Below are positions 36,060-38,664 of a stretch of DNA of 38,664 nucleotides, piece by piece. The position numbers and the translations under genes were made by a program. The stretch is from Actinomycetes bacterium (GTDB lineage Bacteria; Actinomycetota; Acidimicrobiia; Acidimicrobiales; Bog-793), in NCBI GenBank assembly GCA_021846125.1, contig JAJZCK010000003.1:1-38664 (forward strand), read 5' to 3'. Position 1 is the first letter of the stretch. Every line of letters starts with the position of its first letter. The notes below the pieces were generated by a model. The model searched no databases. It saw only the letters and a list, made by a program, of their open reading frames with translations, and was not told the DNA's origin.

Positions 36060-37841
36060 ATGACCGACGAGGCTGATCTGCGCCGGCTCCTCGCAGGTTG
36101 CGACGACGCGCAGCGCCGTGCGATCACTTCCGATGCAGCACCGCTGCTCGTCGTCGCTGGCGCAGGGTCTGGCAAGACCCGCGTGCTCACTCGTCGCGTT
36201 GCTCGGCGCGTGCTCGACGGCTCCGCCGACGCGGCCCACGTGCTCGCGCTGACCTTCACGCGCCGTGCGGCCGGCGAGCTGCGCTCGCGATTGCAGGCGC
36301 TCGGCCTCGTCGAACCCGTCGCAGCCGGCACCTTCCACGCGGTCGCGCTACGCGAGCTCCGCCGAATCGCCGCTGACCGCGGCGACCGCCCTCCCGTCGT
36401 CCTCGACTCGAAGGTGCGCCTTCTCGCAGCGCTCTCCCCGTCCCGTAGCGACGTCCTCTCCTCGATCGCCTCGGAGATCGAGTGGGCCAAGGCCCGCTGC
36501 GTGGGCCCGGACGGCTACGTCACGGCAGCCGCCTCCGCCGGCCGCTCGGCGAGCGTCGGCGCAGCTCGCGTCGCCGAGCTCTACGCCAGGTACGAGCAGG
36601 AAAAGAGGCGGCGGCACGTCCTCGATTTCGACGATCTGCTGAGCACGCTCGCAGCCGCTATCGAACAGGACCGCGACGTCGCCACATCTCAGCGCTGGCG
36701 GCATCGCCATCTGTTCGTCGACGAGCTCCAGGACGCGAACGCGTCCCAGCTCCGTCTCCTCGACGGATGGCTCGGGGGGCGGAGCGACCTCTGTGCGGTC
36801 GGAGACCCGCAACAGTCGATCTACGGCTGGAACGGCGCGGAGCCAGCCGTGCTCGAGCGCTTCGCCACGCGCTTTCCCGGGTCGGTGGTCTTGCGTCTCG
36901 ACGCCAACCACCGGTCGTCCCCTCAGGTCGTCGCCGTGGCGTCCGCCGCGCTTGGACGCACCGAGCGCGGCGACGTGCTCACGAGCCGAGCGGACGGTCC
37001 GATCCCTACCGTGACCTGCTACGCGGACGACGCCGCAGAATGTGCCGGCGTCGTGGCTGCCGTACGACGGACAAGGCGGCCCGGTCGGCGCTGGGCATGC
37101 TGCGCGGTGCTTGCGCGAACGAACGCCCAGCTCGACGGCTTCGAGGCCGCGTTCGATGCAGCTGGTATCCCGTCCCGCAATAGCGCCGGAGCACGGCTTC
37201 TCGCTCGTGCCGACGTACGCGCCGTGCTCGAGAGCGCCGCCGACCGCTCGAGCTCCGCCGCCTTCGCAGCGCTCGTCGACGACCTCGACCTCGACCTGAG
37301 AGCGATGACGACGAGCGGAGCACCAGGCTCCGGCGTCACGGCGGCGGGACGGGATGCGATGGGGGCCCTAGCCGAGCTGGCGCACGAGTACCGCGCCGAG
37401 GACACGACGCCGACCGTCGACGGCTTCGTTGCATGGGCACGGGCCACGCTGCGAAGCGATCCCGCCGCCGGCACCAGCGATGCTGTCGTGCTGTCGACCT
37501 TCCACCGCGCGAAGGGACTCGAATGGCCGGTCGTCTTCGTCACGGGACTCGAAGACGGCCTCGTCCCCCATGCGAGCGCGCTATCGCCCGAAGCGCTCGA
37601 CGAGGAGCGACGCCTGCTCTACGTCGCACTCAGCCGAGCGGGCGAGGAGCTCCACTGTTCCTGGTCACTGCAGCGTGCCTTCGGGGCGCGGAAGGTCGAG
37701 CGACACCCGTCGCCATATCTCCGTGCGGTCGAGGCCGCTCGGGAGGCCCTCGAGCGCCTCGCGCGTCCGGACAGGGATGCCTCGCGACGTGCCGTCGCAG
37801 AAAGCCGAGCGCTGCTGCGCGCGGCTCGGGACGGCGGCTAG
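36060..37841 (+). CDS. UvrD/PcrA/Rep-family ATP-dependent DNA helicase (UvrD2-like, no HRDC)
   Basis: AGAGSGKT, LTFTRRAA, TFH, VDELQD, VGDPQQSIYGW, NHRS, TFHRAKGLEW, EERRLLYVALSRA. Confidence 0.92.
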   Translation: MTDEADLRRLLAGCDDAQRRAITSDAAPLLVVAGAGSGKTRVLTRRVARRVLDGSADAAHVLALTFTRRAAGELRSRLQALGLVEPVAAGTFHAVALRELRRIAADRGDRPPVVLDSKVRLLAALSPSRSDVLSSIASEIEWAKARCVGPDGYVTAAASAGRSASVGAARVAELYARYEQEKRRRHVLDFDDLLSTLAAAIEQDRDVATSQRWRHRHLFVDELQDANASQLRLLDGWLGGRSDLCAVGDPQQSIYGWNGAEPAVLERFATRFPGSVVLRLDANHRSSPQVVAVASAALGRTERGDVLTSRADGPIPTVTCYADDAAECAGVVAAVRRTRRPGRRWACCAVLARTNAQLDGFEAAFDAAGIPSRNSAGARLLARADVRAVLESAADRSSSAAFAALVDDLDLDLRAMTTSGAPGSGVTAAGRDAMGALAELAHEYRAEDTTPTVDGFVAWARATLRSDPAAGTSDAVVLSTFHRAKGLEWPVVFVTGLEDGLVPHASALSPEALDEERRLLYVALSRAGEELHCSWSLQRAFGARKVERHPSPYLRAVEAAREALERLARPDRDASRRAVAESRALLRAARDGG

Positions 37842-38356
37842 CTCGAGGGATCGCGACCTCGCTCGGCACCCGATCGTGCGCCACCGAAGATGTTCACCGC
37901 TATGAGGCCGGCGACGAACACTGCGACCATCGCGATGAGCAGCGCAAGCTCGGCAGTCGATATCCGCTGCGAGCTGCCGAGGATGAACAGGATCTTCCGG
38001 ATCACGGCCACGAGGCCGACGACGATGAACGGTTGCGGCACGAGGGTGTGCGCTCTCAGCGAGAGCACGACCGTGTGGACGATCTCGACGAGGATAAGGA
38101 CAAGCAGGACCCTGTCAAGAAGGTTGTTCGCCGCGTCCAGCACAGCGCTGTGGAAGAGGTCCCTGGCAAAGTTGACGAGCCCCGAGACGAGAAGCACACC
38201 TGCTAGCGCGACGAGCACCACTCCGACGATGACGGAGACGCCGTCCTGGGCGTGCTCGAGGAGCATCATCGACCGCGACGTCGCCCACGACGGACCGTGC
38301 TCGGAATGCCCGTCCTGCAGGGGATCTCCAGCAGCCTCGTCCAGGGCGTCGGCCAC
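37838..38356 (-). CDS. PsiE-family membrane protein
   Basis: LILVEIVHTV and PFIVVGLVAVIRKIL, four TM helices; RBS AGGAGG before the GTG at 38356. Confidence 0.85.
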   Translation of the reverse strand: MADALDEAAGDPLQDGHSEHGPSWATSRSMMLLEHAQDGVSVIVGVVLVALAGVLLVSGLVNFARDLFHSAVLDAANNLLDRVLLVLILVEIVHTVVLSLRAHTLVPQPFIVVGLVAVIRKILFILGSSQRISTAELALLIAMVAVFVAGLIAVNIFGGARSGAERGRDPSS

Positions 38357-38616
38357 GTCGTCCTCCTGACCGTGATGCGAGCCGGCGCAGCGCAGCCGCT
38401 CGGGCGCCGAGCCGTCCGGCCCCGCCGGATGGCCACCTGCGCCGCAGAGCGTACTGGCTGGACCGTCCCCGCGCGGCGGAGCGAGCGCCGCCGAGACAGG
38501 TCGGGCGCGCACGCGACCATCGGCCACGGGGCCGTCACGCACGCTGCACGCGCATCTCGGCACGTGGTCGCTACCATGCACGTCGATGGCGGATCGGCAA
38601 CCCGACGGGATGCACT

Positions 38617-38664
38617 GCGACCGGGAGAGCCGCGACCGGGAGAGCCGCGACCGGGAGAGCCGCG
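38617..38664. repeat. 15-bp tandem repeat GCGACCGGGAGAGCC, at least 3.2 copies, running off the window end
   Basis: Read directly. Confidence 0.92.

Noticed and set aside
38357-38616. Possible small gene or N-terminal extension upstream of the PsiE-family gene
   Set aside because: Low-complexity translation with no motifs, and a strong AGGAGG RBS supports the start at 38356.

Overview
A very GC-rich window that looks actinobacterial; gene content and the GAAC-N4-GTTC SOS box suggest an Acidimicrobiia-like genome (inference). From left to right it holds: the C-terminus of a tyrosine integrase running into tRNA-Val(CAC), probably the edge of an integrated element; an MFS transporter and a GT4 glycosyltransferase; a 12-gene minus-strand sugar/polyol/sugar-acid catabolic cluster with two LacI-type operators at its promoter; thiM-thiE under a TPP riboswitch; a tightly coupled four-gene lipid operon (fatty acyl-CoA reductase-HAD fusion, Zn-dehydrogenase, LarA/DUF2088-like protein, PlsC-type acyltransferase) that resembles a rearranged bacterial ether-lipid cluster; a 6C-like two-hairpin sRNA transcribed divergently from a LysR gene; a GNAT and a DsbA-like gene; the rimO-pgsA-cinA-recA block with a LexA box; an internally deleted alpha/beta-hydrolase followed by a membrane-anchored murF and a ddl-like gene; a UvrD helicase; and a PsiE-family gene. 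Four unrelated short tandem repeats occur at or near gene boundaries. The most promising candidates for undescribed biology are the lipid operon (18829-25074) and the LysR-coupled 6C-like sRNA (25163-25320). All calls come from motif reading by eye; no database searches were run.
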